A stretch of DNA of 64,000 bases from Eledone cirrhosa. Taxonomy: Eukaryota. A model generated the notes under the pieces. The model was not told where the DNA came from and made no database searches. It saw only the letters and a program-made list of their open reading frames with translations. The position numbers and the translations under genes are program-made. The stretch spans positions 342,736,001 to 342,800,000 of the forward strand of contig OZ024740.1 of NCBI GenBank assembly GCA_964016885.1, read 5' to 3'. Numbering within the stretch: the stretch's first letter is position 1; every line of letters begins with the position of its first letter. Positions 22,270-36,360 of the stretch are shown here, piece by piece.

Positions 22270-25200
22270 ATTGTCACCGAAATATCGAGACAGTGTTAGT
22301 CACAGAGGAGGAGATGGCAGTCGCAAGGGCCATGGTGACAAGAAGCGCAAATAGAGTTTCCCTGAAACCTCCACCCGATTTTTTCAAGGACCAGCAGCTA
22401 CGGACGGTGACTTACCGCACCGTAAGCAAAAGCTCACATCGAGTGGAGAGAGCCACGGAGGCTCAAATCCAAAAGGCCTTGGGGTGCGTCTGGGCACGCA
22501 AAACCCACATCACCCGAGGCAGAAAGTACGCCACAGTAGACATACTTTTCGCCACCCCCCAGGAAGCAAAGTCTCACTCTTTGGAAACCCTAAAGAATGA
22601 GGAGATAGTCTTGGTGCCCTCCTACTGCGGGCAGAAAATTGTGAGGGTAAAAGTGACCCAGGTCCCACCCGACGTGCCCATACCTTGGCTGGCCGCGTCT
22701 GTCCTTGCTGGAATCGAGAACAGGACGACCATGCTGCAAGTAGAAAAAAATAGGGAGAGAGAACTGGTCAGGTATAGGCATGCAAATGCTTATACAAACT
22801 GACCAGGAATGTATCGACGCTATCCCCGATATCATAGACATCGAGAAAGGACCCCAACTCCCTATAAGTGTAGAAGGAAGACGGCCAAAATGTTATCTCT
22901 GTGGGTCGAAGGGTCACCTCAGAGCCTTTTACCCGCAGAAGACAGCAAAGAAGGCCCCTCTCCTACCAATACCTGGTCCGTTGCTACCAAGAGCAGGGCA
23001 GGCAACAAACGAAGAAGCCCCTTCCACAGTGAGTAGGAGGGCAACGTCTGTAGCACCCGTACCAAGGCCACGGACAACTAAAGCAGCATCATCAGTGGCA
23101 GCAACACCAATAGTTACATTTGAAGTAGCTACACCAGCAACAAAATTGCCGAAGAGGGCTCCACTACCACCACCAACAGCCGTGGAGCATATACCCTTCC
23201 CAGAAGCCACAGAATCCGACATGGAGTTTGAGGTGGGAGTGAAGTGGCAAACGGTCAAAAAAGAAAAAAAACCTTAGATTCACCCTCCAAAAGCGAAGGC
23301 ATACAAAGAGGGGTAAAGGCAGCAAGGAAATTTGCAGCAACACCACCACCATCATCACCACAAGCACCACTGACAACAACAACCACACCACCACCAGCAT
23401 CACCAAAAACACCAACAATGCAAACACAACAAGACACATACACCAAACAGCAACAAGAAGAAAACAGCAACAAAATCACCCCTCCCCCCAAAAAGTACAC
23501 AGCCATAAACATGGCAAAAAAAGAACTCATACAATATATAAAGCAGCACACAGACATCACAGAAAAAAACTACTACACCCCACCAACACCAAGAACTCTC
23601 CCGACAAAAATAAGCATCATCGACATATCAATAGAACAGTACAAACCTTTAAAACAAAAATTCCCCAACGCAGTTGGAGACTTCAGAGGGTCGGTTACCA
23701 AGAGGATATACACTGACATCCTCTTGGAAACACCCATGACCAGCGAAAGGGACGGTTCTACTGTCCCTTCACCACATGAACAAGGTAAGTGACCCTTTCT
23801 TACTTGCCCCGTTTCTCATCCAACATGGCCGTACTCAGAATAGGCAGTATAAATGCACATGGCCTGGGGTCATCTTGGAAGCAGGGTCACCTGCTCAACG
23901 ACCTCAGGTCACTAAACATAGATGTGGTGGCCATCAGTGAAACCAGAATCTCCGAAGCGCAAGCTTCGCACCGATCTTCGGTGGCTACGATGTATACGCA
24001 TCTCCCAGCCGTCCAGGATCAGGGGAGGGGTCGCCGTCCTTTTTCGGAGAGGCTTGGATCTCGGGATACGGGCCATCTTCCTAGACCCAGAAGATAAGTC
24101 GGTGGTGCTGGACGTGACCGGCAGTGAAGGCAATGCTTTCAGGCTAGTAGCCGTCTACGCCCCAACAGGGGCAGGACGGCCAGATTTCTTCAGACGTCTA
24201 GAGACCTTTCTTGGAATGTCCCGCTCTTTAGTGTTAGTGGGCGACTGGAACGGTATATTGGATGCATGCTGGGACCGTGTGGGGCTGGTGGATAGGGGAG
24301 GAGGGTGCAAGAGCCTCACCAACCTGCTCAGGCATTTTGAATTGTCTGACAGGTATCGACTGGATCACCCGAATGTGCCAATGTGGACATGGACAAACCG
24401 CATCGAGTCGTCCAGATCGTATCTTGATAGGATATTCTGCAGGGAACTAGATAAGGCTAGTATAAGTTGTCCACAATTTAAAATAGTCGACTACACAGAC
24501 CACAAATTTGTGATCTGTGAGATCGACATAGACAGACTTCATAGACAAGGGCCTGGTTACTGGAAGCTGAACGCGTCTTTCCCGGCGCGCAAAGCCTACA
24601 GAGACCGGATTAGCATATTAGTTAAGCGGGCGTTGACGGGAGCGATCGTCAATAACAGGTGGTGGTTCGCCCTGAAAAGAGCAATTAAAGTAGAGTCGAT
24701 TAGGTTTAGCAAAGGAGTAGTGATAGAGGAAAATAGAGTAGAGGGAGAGCTAGTCAGAAAGCTAGAAGAGGCGTTTAGGACAGGCATCGCAACCGACGTG
24801 CTTGCGGCGAGATTGGCACTCGACCAAGTCTTCAACGCAAAACACGAAGGCTGCGTTGTCAGAGCTAGAGCGCGTGCTCTGAAACACGAGGGGACAAAAG
24901 CCATCCAATGGGCCCGGGTGGCAGAGGCGCAACGTGGCAACAAATCCACAATTCGGTCTTTGTCTGACCAAAACGGGTGCGTGATGCTCGAACCCGAGCG
25001 GATGTGTGAAGCTTTTCAGCAGCACTTTGCTGAACTGTTCGGGAACAGCGGCGGCCCGGATCGGGGCATGGACTTCAGTTCATACCTCGACGGACTGCAT
25101 CGGCTCTTGACGACCGCAGCACAGTGTTGCAAAAAGCCAATAACAGCCGGTCAAATACAGGAAGCGAGGGCTAACTGCACAAGGGGTAAATCGCCAGGTT

Positions 25201-27533
25201 TGGATGGTCTGCCCTACGAGCTTTATGTATTTATGCCAGACTTGTTCGGTGACCTCTTGGCAGATGTCTACTGCAACTGGCAGCAGAACGGGAGTATTCC
25301 CAGTTTTTTGAGCCGGGGAGCAGTGGCGCTGCTGAGAAAAGACCCGAACAAGGGGGATGTTATCGATAATTTCAGGCCCATAACCCTGCTAAACGCAGAG
25401 TTCAAGATTTTGGCCAAGGTGTTAGCAATGAGGTTGGCGCTTGTCGTCAAGGGGCTGGTGGGAGAGGCGCAGACATGCGTCATTCCGGACAGATCCATAC
25501 ACGACAACCTCCACCTCATGCGATACATCATAGAGAGGGTGGTTAAGGAACCTGGCAAGGGTGGGACCCTGATTAACTTGGATCAATCCAAAGCATTCGA
25601 TAGGGTCGACCATCGCTACCTGGCGGCGGTCCTCGAGGCAGCCGGTTTCGGCCCGTTTTCAGGGGTTGGATCGCAGCAATGTACAGCGACATCTGCTCAG
25701 TTGTGAGGGTGAACGGTCACCTGTCGCAGCCGTTCAGCATCATGTGCTCAGTCCACCAGGGTTGTCCCCTCTCGTCCCTCTTGTACGTATTGGCTCTCGA
25801 GCCGTTACTGCACAAACTGGGGGCAATGAGGGGCGTCCCACGCGAACTAGGATGCGGGAAATCCGAGTCGGCTTACGCTGACACGTCACCGTGGTGGTGT
25901 CGAGCACCAGACACGTCCAGATGCTCGGCACCGCTCTCAAGGAATACGAAGCGGTCACAGGAGCAAAGATAAACCAGGAAAAGTCGGTGGGCTTGCAGCT
26001 CGGCACCTGGAGAGGCAAGTCCATGCCATCTGACAGCGTCGTGGCGCGTTGGATGGACGGACCGGTTAGATTGCTCGGGGTCTGGTTCAGACTGGACCTC
26101 CAGATGGAGAAAAACTGGAACGAGGTGACGAGCAGGGTGGCCTCCCTCACCCAGAAATGGGCTGAGATGAAGCTGTCCCTGAAAGGCCGGGCGGAGGTGG
26201 CGAATGCGTACATTGCATCCGTCATCTGCTACCGCCTCACCGTCGTCTCTTGCTCCAGCCCAACTCTCACCAAAATGGAGCGCCTCCTCTTCCGCTTTTT
26301 GTGGAAGGGATGCGCTCCCATGGTCAGACGATCCATCTGCTGTCAACACCCGTTGCGTGGAGGACTGGGCATGCCATGGCTGATGATGCGCAAACATGCG
26401 CTGAGGCTGCGACATCTCTGATGCTGCCTTGATGGTGAACAGGTGTGGTCACCGTTCGCCAGACACGTTTTCCCACAGCTCGTCTCCTTGACGGAGCTGC
26501 AATCCTGGGTCAGAAAAAGACCGAGGGATAGTGCTTGGAAACTGGAATGTCTCCAGGCGCTCACTGCCCTCTGCCAGCTGGGCACCAGTATCGGTGGAAC
26601 ATCCACCTCGGCGTTCTATAGAGGACTAGTGGAGGGGAAGAGCGACGACATTCTCAGAGAGATCCTGGGCGTCGAAGAAGATCAGCTGTTTGCTCTCTTC
26701 TGGAGAACTTTCAGCCCGGGGCCTATGGATAACTTCCAAAAATCCCTGGCCTGGCAGTGCTACCGAGGAGCGCTGCCGGTTCGAGATAAGCTCTACAGGC
26801 ACGGAAGTGCCGTCAGCCGAGCCTGTCCGAGATGCGCGCAGAGCAACGAAACCATCGTGCACGCACTCGTTCAGTGCCCGAGCATTGCTGACCTGTGGAG
26901 CTATGTCGAACAGTTGCTGTCGCGTGTAGGACTGATCCGGTTGTCGACTGAGTCCATTGTGCAGATGGTCTCACAGTCTTCCTTCGAGGAGGAAGAGCAG
27001 GCAGTTTTCATCTGCCTGGTGGCCATGGTGAAAGAGATTGTGTGGTGGACAAGGTTAAAAGAGTTAAAGACAGACACTTTCCTCTTCGGCGAATCCCTAA
27101 TTAACTTTTTCAAGTTTCACTTGAAGAGGAAAATCAGGGTGGAGAGGCAAGTGCTGCCCTCTAGCAAGTTTGTGGAAAGGTGGGTGAATGTAGCGAGAAT
27201 GGTCCGAGTGAACGGGACCACTCTGAATATACGTCTGTAGTTTGAGAGAGGGCGCTTGCCCTGGTGGGCAGGGTGGCCGTGGTCTTTTGTGTGGTTTTCG
27301 CCACGAGTAACCCTCGGAGGTTTCCCCCCTATTGGGGAATTTTTCATTGTTTCAATTTTCATTTTTATTGTTTATATATATATATATGTTTCTATGTCCT
27401 TTTTTTTATTTCTTTTCTTATATAAATAATAAAAATATTTACACGCACAAAACCCACATCGTTCCGTCCTGTACCGTCCTGTGCCGTCTGTAATGTTTTT
27501 CTTGATGTCAGCCCTTGTGGCCAATAAAGAAAT
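22270..27533 (+). mobile_element. Tx1/L1-clade LINE, near full length (ORF1 about 22293-23792; ORF2 about 23825-27240), frameshifted
   Basis: ORF1 zinc knuckle CYLCGSKGH. ORF2: GSINAHGL, AVYAP, GDWN, SYLDRIF, TDH, GYWKLN, KSPGLDGLP, NFRPITLLN, LDQSKAFDRV, QGCPLS, AYAD, C-terminal CPRC...ETIVHALVQC. AATAAA at 27523 followed by (TAT)-like repeats. Confidence 0.92.
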
Positions 27534-28989
27534 CATTATTGTTGTTATTATTACAGTGGATTTTCAATATTGGTGGAGTGTTGGACAACATGCTTCATGG
27601 CACAGAGTTACAACCCTTTAGGTTCCAAGTTTCATATTTCTAAAATCTTAAATTATTTTACAAATTTATTTTCATTTCATATTATGACTTCAAGAAACTG
27701 AACAAGCTCTAGAAGCTCAACTTTATGAAGGAGATGACATAGGGCTGAGATAACTGGTAATATACTATGATACAAAAGACCTGCCCACTAGTACAAGAAC
27801 TGCAAGACAAAATATAAATGTGGTGAGAAACCGAAGGCTTCAGTGTTGGTGACTAAATGGAGACAATATAAAGTTTGAGATAAGGCTGGGAGAGCATGGG
27901 ACAACCTCCCCCGTGCTGGTGCCATGATAAAACACACCTAGTAAACTCTGTAAAGTGGTAGTGGTGGTGTCATGAAAAAACACACCAAGTACACTCTGTA
28001 AATGAGCTGATGTTAGGAAATGCATCCATCTGTAGAATCTTTGCCAAATAGCCAAATATGGAATGTATGAGCAAGATATGGTCACTCTAACTCAAAAGGT
28101 CTTGAACCATCCAACCCATGCCGACATGAAGAGTGGATATAAAATGATGATGATGATGATGATGATGATGACGATGATGATTATTATATTTTATTACAAG
28201 CTACTTCATTTTATTCAATGTTAATCATTTATTACCTTAAAAAATAATAATATTCTAGTAGAAGGTAGCTTGCACTTTGATCATTCATCATCATCATCGT
28301 TTAACGTCCATCTTCCACGCTAGCATGGGTTTGGACGGGAATTTTCCCACTTGAGGCAAGGTTGGTTATCTTGCTCGTATAGGACTGTCTGGCGGGTTTT
28401 CTACAGCTGGATGCCCTTCCTAAAACCAACCACGTTTACAGTGTAGACTGGGAGGTTTTTACCGTGTTACCTACACGGCCACATTACAGCGTGGACTGTG
28501 TGTTTTTTTGTCGTGACACCTACACAACCTCATTTGTTTTTGATATTTCTAACTATTAATAATGTTCACTTAACATCCCTTTTATTATACTTATCTTTAT
28601 TTTTTGCCCATTACTATTTAACTAACTGTAAATTCATGTTTCTCTATGTCCCATTTTAGGAAATTGTTATTGATAATAAAATAAAGCCTCTTCTCTCTCT
28701 CTTTCCCCCTCTATATACACACAGTTTCATACTTTATATATATCAATGTCTGGAGAAGTAGGAGCAGAACTAGTCACCTTCATAATCTATCAGGTAATAC
28801 AGGTCAGAGTCATATCCAATGTCTGGCATAGCAGTCATCATCATCATCGTTTAACATTAATTTTCCACGTTAGCATGGGTTAGAAGAGTTGTCCCGTTGT
28901 GAGATAAGTCAAATCAGATAACTGTCTAGCTCATTCAGAACTGTTTCTGGCTTGGTTTCTATGACTGGATGCCCTTCCTAACGCTAACC

Positions 28990-29370
28990 ACATTTACAGT
29001 GCGGACTGGGTTCTTTTTATTCTGGCATAAATGATTACTTTACAGTGTGAACTGGGTGACATTTGTCATGTCACCAAAACGACCATTTTACAATGTGGAC
29101 TGAGTGCTTTTTGTCATGTCACCATCATGACCTCCCAACAGGGTGGACTGGGTGCTTTTTGTTATATTACCATCATGAACACCTTACAAGGCAAACTGTG
29201 TGCTCTTTGTTGTGTCACCAACCTAACCACTTCATAAGGCAGACCCGGTGCCTTTGGTCATGACACCAACATGAGCACCTTACATGGGGGACTAAGGGCT
29301 TTTGTTGTGACAACAGCATGACCCCCCCCCCCCCCTTTTATGGGTGAATTGAGAGCTTTTAGCCATTTCA
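28990..29370. repeat. Diverged ~55-bp minisatellite derived from a SINE segment
   Basis: About 6-7 units of CATTTACAGTG.GGACTGGGTGCTTTTTGTCATGTCACC, the reverse of the SINE segment AAAAAGCACCCAGCAC..ACTGTAAA. Confidence 0.7.
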
Positions 29371-29635
29371 GCAACATTGTTCAGCAAGTTCAGCTTTCGA
29401 TGCTTGTATAGGTGAATCGGTCAAGGGAGGTGCATCAGGTGTGGGGGTGGGTTGCATTTATGTAGTGGGGATTGGAGAGGTAGGTCTAGGGTGGGGGTAC
29501 TTAGATGGTGAAAGGGGGAATGTTAAGATGTGGGAGGAATATGGAAGGGGAGGATGAGAGAAGTGGTGCATACTAGAGACTACCAGATGTTTCTTCATCC
29601 CATACACATGGGAAGGTGGATCTTTTGCAGTATTA

Positions 29636-30084
29636 TCAATTATAATAATAGTGAATGTGTGTATATTTATTTATATAATTTGTCCGTCACTCACTGAAAG
29701 GGAGATGACTGACGAAGGAAGGGGGTGCTAACAAATTATAGAAAACAGTGACCAGTGTTCTAAGATGTGTTACACTTGTGTAAGTGTATGTGTAGCAAAT
29801 TGGCTATTGTTATTATGTGAGTGTATGTATGTTTGTGTGAATATATTTATACTTGTGTGAATGTATGTGTTTGTGTGTTTATATCTATACTCATACAAAA
29901 TAAATGTATATATATATATGTACACCAAGTTATTATCTTGGTTATCTATGTTAGTTGCAGATAGTTTTTTTCACAAAAGATTTTGTAATAAAAGAACTAT
30001 TAAATTAAAAACTTAGTTTTGTACTTTTTTTTTATATATAAAATACTACAATTAGTCATCATTTTATGTCATGGCGCCAGCTAG
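29636..30084 (+). mobile_element. Non-autonomous Helitron, same family as 21625-22211
   Basis: A|TC start, shared GAGATGACTGAC.AAGGAAGGGG and CCAG.GTTCTAAGAT blocks, ends GCCAGCTAG|T. Confidence 0.65.
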
Positions 30085-30120
<36 letters not shown>

Positions 30121-30479
30121 TGATGTCTGATGTGACGTGGAATTAGCTATACAGGTATTTGGGTAATGTTAGTTCAGCCACCATGTTAGGTTAACCCTTT
30201 AACATTTCAACCAGCCGTATCTGTCAGGACACTCTTGAGTGCTACTGGTAACATGTAAACCAGTACAACCTGTCGCATGGTTGGGTTGTCGGCGACTAAA
30301 CTGGCAACCCCACCAAGTTTACTTGGTGAGGAGGGTGATTTTGGACACCCTGCAGGACAAAAAACAAAACCTGACAAAGGGCGGAAGAACTGATAAGAGT
30401 CAACGGCCATCCAAAAATGTGTAAATATGTATATACACATGTACATATGTATGTGTATGTATATGCGTGTGTATATGCC

Positions 30480-31200
30480 TAGGGTGTCAGGGAGGGGCAT
30501 GTACCTCTGTAGGGAGGGCTAGCCATGTCCTTTTCAGGACAGCTTGTCCTGCATTGGGTCCCACCTGACACTCAGCTCTCACCTGTGGCCCCAAGAAGAT
30601 GTAGCATGCGACAGCGGCCACATCCCGGTAAACCACCTTGGCTGGCGGGCCGAACCAGGTTGAGAGTAGCAGGACGGGTCTGAAACCCCCCGGTGAGTTA
30701 GATAGGGGATGCCTGCCCCTGCATGTGAAGACTTGACCCTGCGGAGTGAGTGGAGGAGGACAACATCGTCCCCACGGTCACAAAGGCGGCGACAGCAAGC
30801 AGTGTGGAGTGCTAGGGCACAGCAAGGCACTACAGACGTTGTGGCCATCCACTGCAGCCAAGGAAGTGCCTGGTCGTGACGGTCCTCTGTACCACCGGAT
30901 TCTGGCTTCTGCGGCCGAGTGAGTGGGACCGTCACTGTGCACTGGCCCTCCCACTATAAACCTTTCCCGCACAGGTTTCTTCTTTAGCGTGCACTCCCAA
31001 AGCCCTGCGGCGATGGGCAAGAGGTGGAGGTAACAGGTGGAGGTAACCTCTGGGAGTTGCCAGTCTGAGTTCGGTCTCTTCCCCTACCCTCACTGTCCCC
31101 GGACCTGCAAGTCAAGGATCGGCCTCCACAGCCACCTTCGTCCCCGTGGCAGACGGTAACAACAATAAAGAAGATGTCATCATCGTTTACAATGGACAAC
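30480..31200 (+). mobile_element. GC-rich 5' UTR/leader of an RTE-type LINE
   Basis: CAGCTCTCACCTGTGGC...GCATGCGACAGCGGCCAC...GCATGTGAAGAC resembles RTE1/BovB-like 5' regions (recalled, not searched). No attached ORF. Confidence 0.5.
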
Positions 31201-31496
31201 CAAGATCTGGCTAGAATTCTCTCACCTCTTTCTGTTCAAACCGGCTGTAACCAGCCGCTCATACTTATGTTAAGGTATTGTTCTTAAAATAAATATCAAA
31301 AGCTCGTAGATTCGGTACTATATGAGATAATTATGGATAATAAAGTATTTACCTGTGAAAATAAAATAGTAAATATAGAGTAATGTAAATACTAAAAGGT
31401 TAAATGAATAACTGGACAAAGCACAATTGTTTCACTTCAGCTGTATCACATGATTTTTGCTGGTAATGGAGCAGTCATTTAACTATCATTATATAG

Positions 31497-31678
31497 CTAG
31501 GCAGTATCGGTAGAGGGTCAGACGCCATGCTTTCCAGCATAGTTACGTCCCTTTACAATCTGAGTTCAAATCCCGCCAAGGTTGACTTTGCCTTTCACCC
31601 TTACGGGGGCGATAAAATAAAGTACCAGTAATGCACTGGGTAATTACTGGCCTTGTGCCTAAAGTAGAAACAATTATA
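31497..31678 (+). mobile_element. OK-like SINE; an inverted copy lies at 32160-32310
   Basis: GGCAGTATCGGTAGAG...GAGTTCAAATCCCGCC...TTTGCCTTTCACCC...CCTTGTGCCTAAAGTAGAAAC. Confidence 0.75.
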
Positions 31679-33001
31679 TAGCTAAAAGGTTAAAAAAGGA
31701 AAAAATAGCTGAAAAATGTCACACACAGAAAAAGAAAAACTGAAGTCTTATGTGCCGCACAAAGATTGAAATGAAAATGGAGTGTGCTTTAGCTGAGCAG
31801 TGAAAACTCACATCTGACCATCAGCAGTCAACAGTTAGTCTGTGTTGCCCAGCTACCTGGGCCAGTTTTAAGACACAGTCCTTTTCTGTGGAGAACATTG
31901 TAGAGACCTCTCACATGATTCAACAGGCGTTTTTTTTTTTACTGATTAATTCCAAAATAATTATAGCTAACAGTTATTAAGATGTTGCTTTGCATACACA
32001 TATATAATTAACAAAGGAAATAGACAATAACGACATGCTAGCATGGATAATGATGATGATGATGGTGGTGGTGATGGTGGTGCAATAGGTGGTGGTACTG
32101 GTGGTTGTGGTGGTTGTGGTGGTGGTACTGGTGGTGATGATAAGAATAAGTCAGATAGAAAATAATTGTTTCTATTTTAGGCACAAGGCCAGCAATTACT
32201 CAGTACATTACTGGTACTTTATTTTATCGACCCCGTAAGGATGAAAGGCAAAGTTAACCTCGGCTGGATTTGAACTCAGATCGTAAAGGGACGTAACTAT
32301 GCTGGAAAGCAAGAAGGTCCATTATCAAAGCACAGGTATGGCTGTGTGGTTAAAAAGTTTACCTCACAACCTTGTAGTTTTGAGTTCAACCCCACTGCAT
32401 TTTAGTCAGGTGTCTTCAACAATAGCCTAAGATTAACCAATATCTTGTGAATGAAATTTGATAGACTGAATGCACTTGATATGTATATGTGTGAATGCAT
32501 TTTTATATGTATGAACGTGTGTGTGTCAGTATGTGTTCATGTCTGTGTTTATGATTTACACTACTTAACAATTGGTGATGCTTGCTTATATCTATGACCT
32601 GTAACTTAGCAGTTCAACAAATGGAGGTTGATAAAATATGTATCAAACTTAAAAACAAAAATAAAAAGTGCTAGACTTGATATGAAATCTTTGAAGGTGG
32701 TATTATGGCATGTTTGCTGTTCTATGAGTACCCATTCCTAAATCTATATTATATATGAAAAGTGGTCGTGTTGGCATCACGACAAAAAGCACCCAGCACA
32801 CACTGTAAATGTGGTTGGCATTAGGAAGGGCATCCAGCCATAGAAACCAAGCCAAAATCAGTTCCGTATGAGCAAATCATGATCCCCCGACCTGATCTTT
32901 CACAAAGGGACAGCCAGTCCTACTCATGCTAACGTGGAAGATGAACGTTAAATGATGATATGCACACTCACAAACACACACACACATATATACAATAAAT
33001 A

Positions 33002-33459
33002 TCTATATATATAAAGTTGTATTCCTGTCTGTTTGTTTCACAAACTACTCCTATGATTTTGGAGATAGACCCCCATAACCATATATATTCCCCAGGGTAC
33101 ATGGATGAGTATATTTCATTTTAATCAAAGGGTTCCCCGGGGGCACAAAAAAAATGCTGAAAAATGCTTCCCTATGATTTATATGAAATTTAAACCATAG
33201 GTAAATGACAAGATATGATGCCTATTCACAAAAGGTTGGAATTGATATTTTGAAAAAATTTATTTACTAGAAACAAAATAAGAATAAAATTTAATAATGT
33301 AATTTTGATTTGATATATTACAAAAATGTTTTCCAAGTTTTCATGCATTACATTTTACATTGAGTAATATTGAAATGCAGAGTTTTTCTCCATAAATTAT
33401 ATCACTGATTTAAAATCAATCAATTTCTTACAAAAAAAAGGCGCAGGTAATTCGGCTAG
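33002..33459 (+). mobile_element. Non-autonomous Helitron-like element
   Basis: A|TCTATATATATAAAG...CTGTCTGTTTG start and GGCTAG|T end within (TA)n. The 3' hairpin is not clear. Confidence 0.55.
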
Positions 33460-34349
33460 TATATATATATATGCAAGCAGGGAAAAGCGGACGTAAAATA
33501 ATGATGATGATGATGATATATATATATAGTTGCAGAAGAATGTAGCTTATAAGTAGTTGTTATGTCGTAACTTCTTGAGGATAAGCTGGTCCGAGCAATC
33601 CAAAGTATAACAATATCGGTTTCAACACACGATTTCAGATAAAGAATCTTGCTAAACAAATTCAGAAACGAAATGTTATACATATATATACATATATATA
33701 AAACTGTAGTTGTCTGTGTGTGTGTCCTCATTTTTGAAAAGTCTATACAAATCCACATTTCTACTCCGATTGACTTCAAACTTGCATTTATATATTCCTT
33801 GCGGTCTAAAGATATTAACTGCAGCTTTAATTTTTCAATTTTCTGTTGTTAGGCGTCAGTTATCGATCTCTGTCGCGCCCTTATAATATCTGTCTGTATG
33901 TCTGGCTGTCTGCATAACGACATTATGACCAACACGTCATTGCTGACCTATTATCTTCGCCACATTCACACACATACACACACACATATATACATCATCA
34001 TCATTGTTTAACGTCTATCTTGTTAGAGATGCCTACTGGCTGGAGTAGGTTTTACTATATATTTAGGTAAGGCGGGTCTTCTCTGTTACTGAGTACCGCC
34101 AAAGGTCTCGGTCCAGTGACATTGTCTTGGAGAGGTGTAAGTGTGTGATGTCGGAGTTTATCAGCTCGTCCCAGGTTTTTCTAGGTCTGCCTATTCCGTG
34201 ACTACCGTCTATCATATATATATATATATATACATACATATACAAACACATATACACATATACTTATATATAAAAATTCACATAAAAATATATATATCTA
34301 TCTATCTAGGGCGGGTAAAATTCCCGAGATCCATGGACGATTTCTCCAG

Positions 34350-34765
34350 CGTGGGTTTTGGCTGTGTAAAAAAGGTTATAACAAGAAAATAGAAATATCA
34401 AAAAATTCAAAAATTCCCCAATAGGAGGGAAACTTCTGAGGGTCACTCGTGGCGAAAACCACACAAAAGACCACAGCCACCCTGCCCACCAGGGCAAGCG
34501 CCCTCTCTCAGTTCTCCACTCCTCAGTCAACAGGTGCATAATCAGAGTGGGTCCGGTCAAGCACCGGACATGTCCAGATGCTCGGCACCACTCTCACCAC
34601 TCTCAAGGAATATGAAGCAGTGACAGGAGCAAATTTAGAGAGGCAAATTACTGTTCGCCCGACAGCGTCGTGGGGCGCTGGACGGAAGGACCGGTTAAAT
34701 TGCTTGGAGTCTGGTTCAGTCCGGACCTCCAGATGGATAAAAAATTGGAGCGAGGTGACGAACAG
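34350..34765. mobile_element. Rearranged Tx1 fragments (3' UTR on minus, ORF2 pieces on plus)
   Basis: 34350-34510 is the reverse complement of the 3' UTR at about 27240-27370; 34560-34765 matches ORF2 at about 25905-26135 with deletions. Confidence 0.75.
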
Positions 34766-34914
34766 TTAATTTATTCGGTCCTCAATGTTTACAATTGACT
34801 GACCAACGGTCAAAAATACAGATATAATATAGACACAAACTCATATATATTATATCTGTATTTTTGACCGTTTGTCAGTCAATGGTAAACATTGAGGACC
34901 GAATAAATTAACTG
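34763..34914. repeat. Fold-back inverted repeat, ~69-bp arms, ~14-nt spacer
   Basis: CAGTTAATTTATTCGGTCCTCAATG...CAGATATAATATA / TATATTATATCTG...CATTGAGGACCGAATAAATTAACTG with 2 mismatches. Confidence 0.85.
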
Positions 34915-35139
34915 ATATAAAAGATACAGAAGCGAAAACCAACCAAACAGTGAGTGTGTTCTGTTTTTTTATTAATTCTGGCAATATTATTACAACAATA
35001 TGACCCCCCCCCAAGTATAACAATATTTGTTTCGTCACACGATTTCATATAAAAAACCTCGCAAGACAAATTTATATACGAACACATATATATATACACA
35101 TATACATATATAAATATCCACATAAAAATATGTGTATCT

Positions 35140-35390
35140 ATCTATCTAGGGCGGGTAAAATTCCCGAGATCCATGGACAAGTTCTCTCCAGCGGTCTCTG
35201 TCCCTCATTATCGCTGACATGTCCTGCATCTCCAGCAGACCAGTGTCTGTCCTTAGAGCATCAACATATGTTAACTTCGGTCTTCCTCTTCCAGTGTGTC
35301 CATGCAGAGACTCCCACAGGAGCACTGAGTGCAGTGTTAACTCTAGATGTTGGGGAGCATGTCCAGTTCGTGAGTTTTTAATAGGCACTC
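35140..35390 (-). mobile_element. RTE-type LINE 3' end fragment; other short RTE 3' ends at about 1860-1960(+), 34040-34210(-) and 34300-34345(-)
   Basis: VLLWESLHGHTGRGRPKLTYVDAL...MRDRDRWRELV, followed by a (TAGA)n tail. Confidence 0.7.
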
Positions 35391-35979
35391 ACAAATAAAT
35401 GTTTCTCATTGGAAGTGCCATTGCCAATATTCTTACCTGTGCAACACCAAGATACACTGCTAGTATATATATATATGTGGAGGGGGAGTTTGGGAGCAAT
35501 AGAAGAAGGGAGATAAGTATGAAGTTATTGCAAGTATTGTATGATTTGATAGGGATGATGAGTAGGGAAGGGGTGATTTTTGATAGCATAGGGGAAGTGA
35601 GTGTGGTGGTAAGAACACCTAAGTGGAGATAATGGTGAGGGTGTGTGGATGGTGTGAGTAATAGCGTGCGGTTGTGGGTGGCAATCACCATGCCCAGAAG
35701 GGGAAGTGTAGTGATGGAGAGAATAGCTAAAAAGTGATAGTCGGAGAGGCATGGGTGGATGACATAGGGGTGTAAAGAGTAGCTAGTAGGGTACGAGAGT
35801 GAGGGTAAATAAACATTTTAGAGGAGGGCAGCAACTACGGAGTGATAGTGGAGGGGGTATGGATGGAGTGAAGGTGGTGGTGTGTAGTGATGGTAAGGAT
35901 AGCTGCTAGAGAGTACTAGTGAAAGGGAGGGGGACACAGGGATATGTCAGGCTATATTATACACTGTTGGCCAGGTGTT

Positions 35980-36019
<40 letters not shown>

Positions 36020-36360
36020 ATTCCTATAATTGTTTAATAGAAAAAGAAAAAGACAGATTGAGAAGAAAGAATGAAATGTAAAATAAGAAAATATAAAAAA
36101 ACGGAAAAGGAAGGGAAAGGCAAGGGCTCTAGTGTGACAGAAGAATGGGGGGGGGGGATCTGTGCATAGGGCACAGTGGTAATGGGGCTATGTCCCGCAG
36201 ACAAGACCGCAAAAGCATTCCCGTGGACAATGGCCAGTGACACCCGCTGCAACAGCCACCCTACCTCAGAGGGCTCCTTCCTCAGATAGGCCGCTGATGT
36301 TCCAATCTTGAAGAAGAGCTCGGCAGTATGGGGTCCATGTATGCCTAGGTCTCGACAACA
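36020..36360 (-). mobile_element. CRE-clade retrotransposon 3' end
   Basis: LGIHGP....FFKIG......EPSEVGWLLQRVSLAIVHGNA is the typical CRE C-terminus; the 3' UTR runs into (TA)n. Confidence 0.7.

Noticed and set aside
28990-29370. Regularly spaced repeats resembling a CRISPR array
   Set aside because: The units are diverged tandem copies without unique spacers, derive from a SINE, and sit in eukaryotic DNA with no cas genes.
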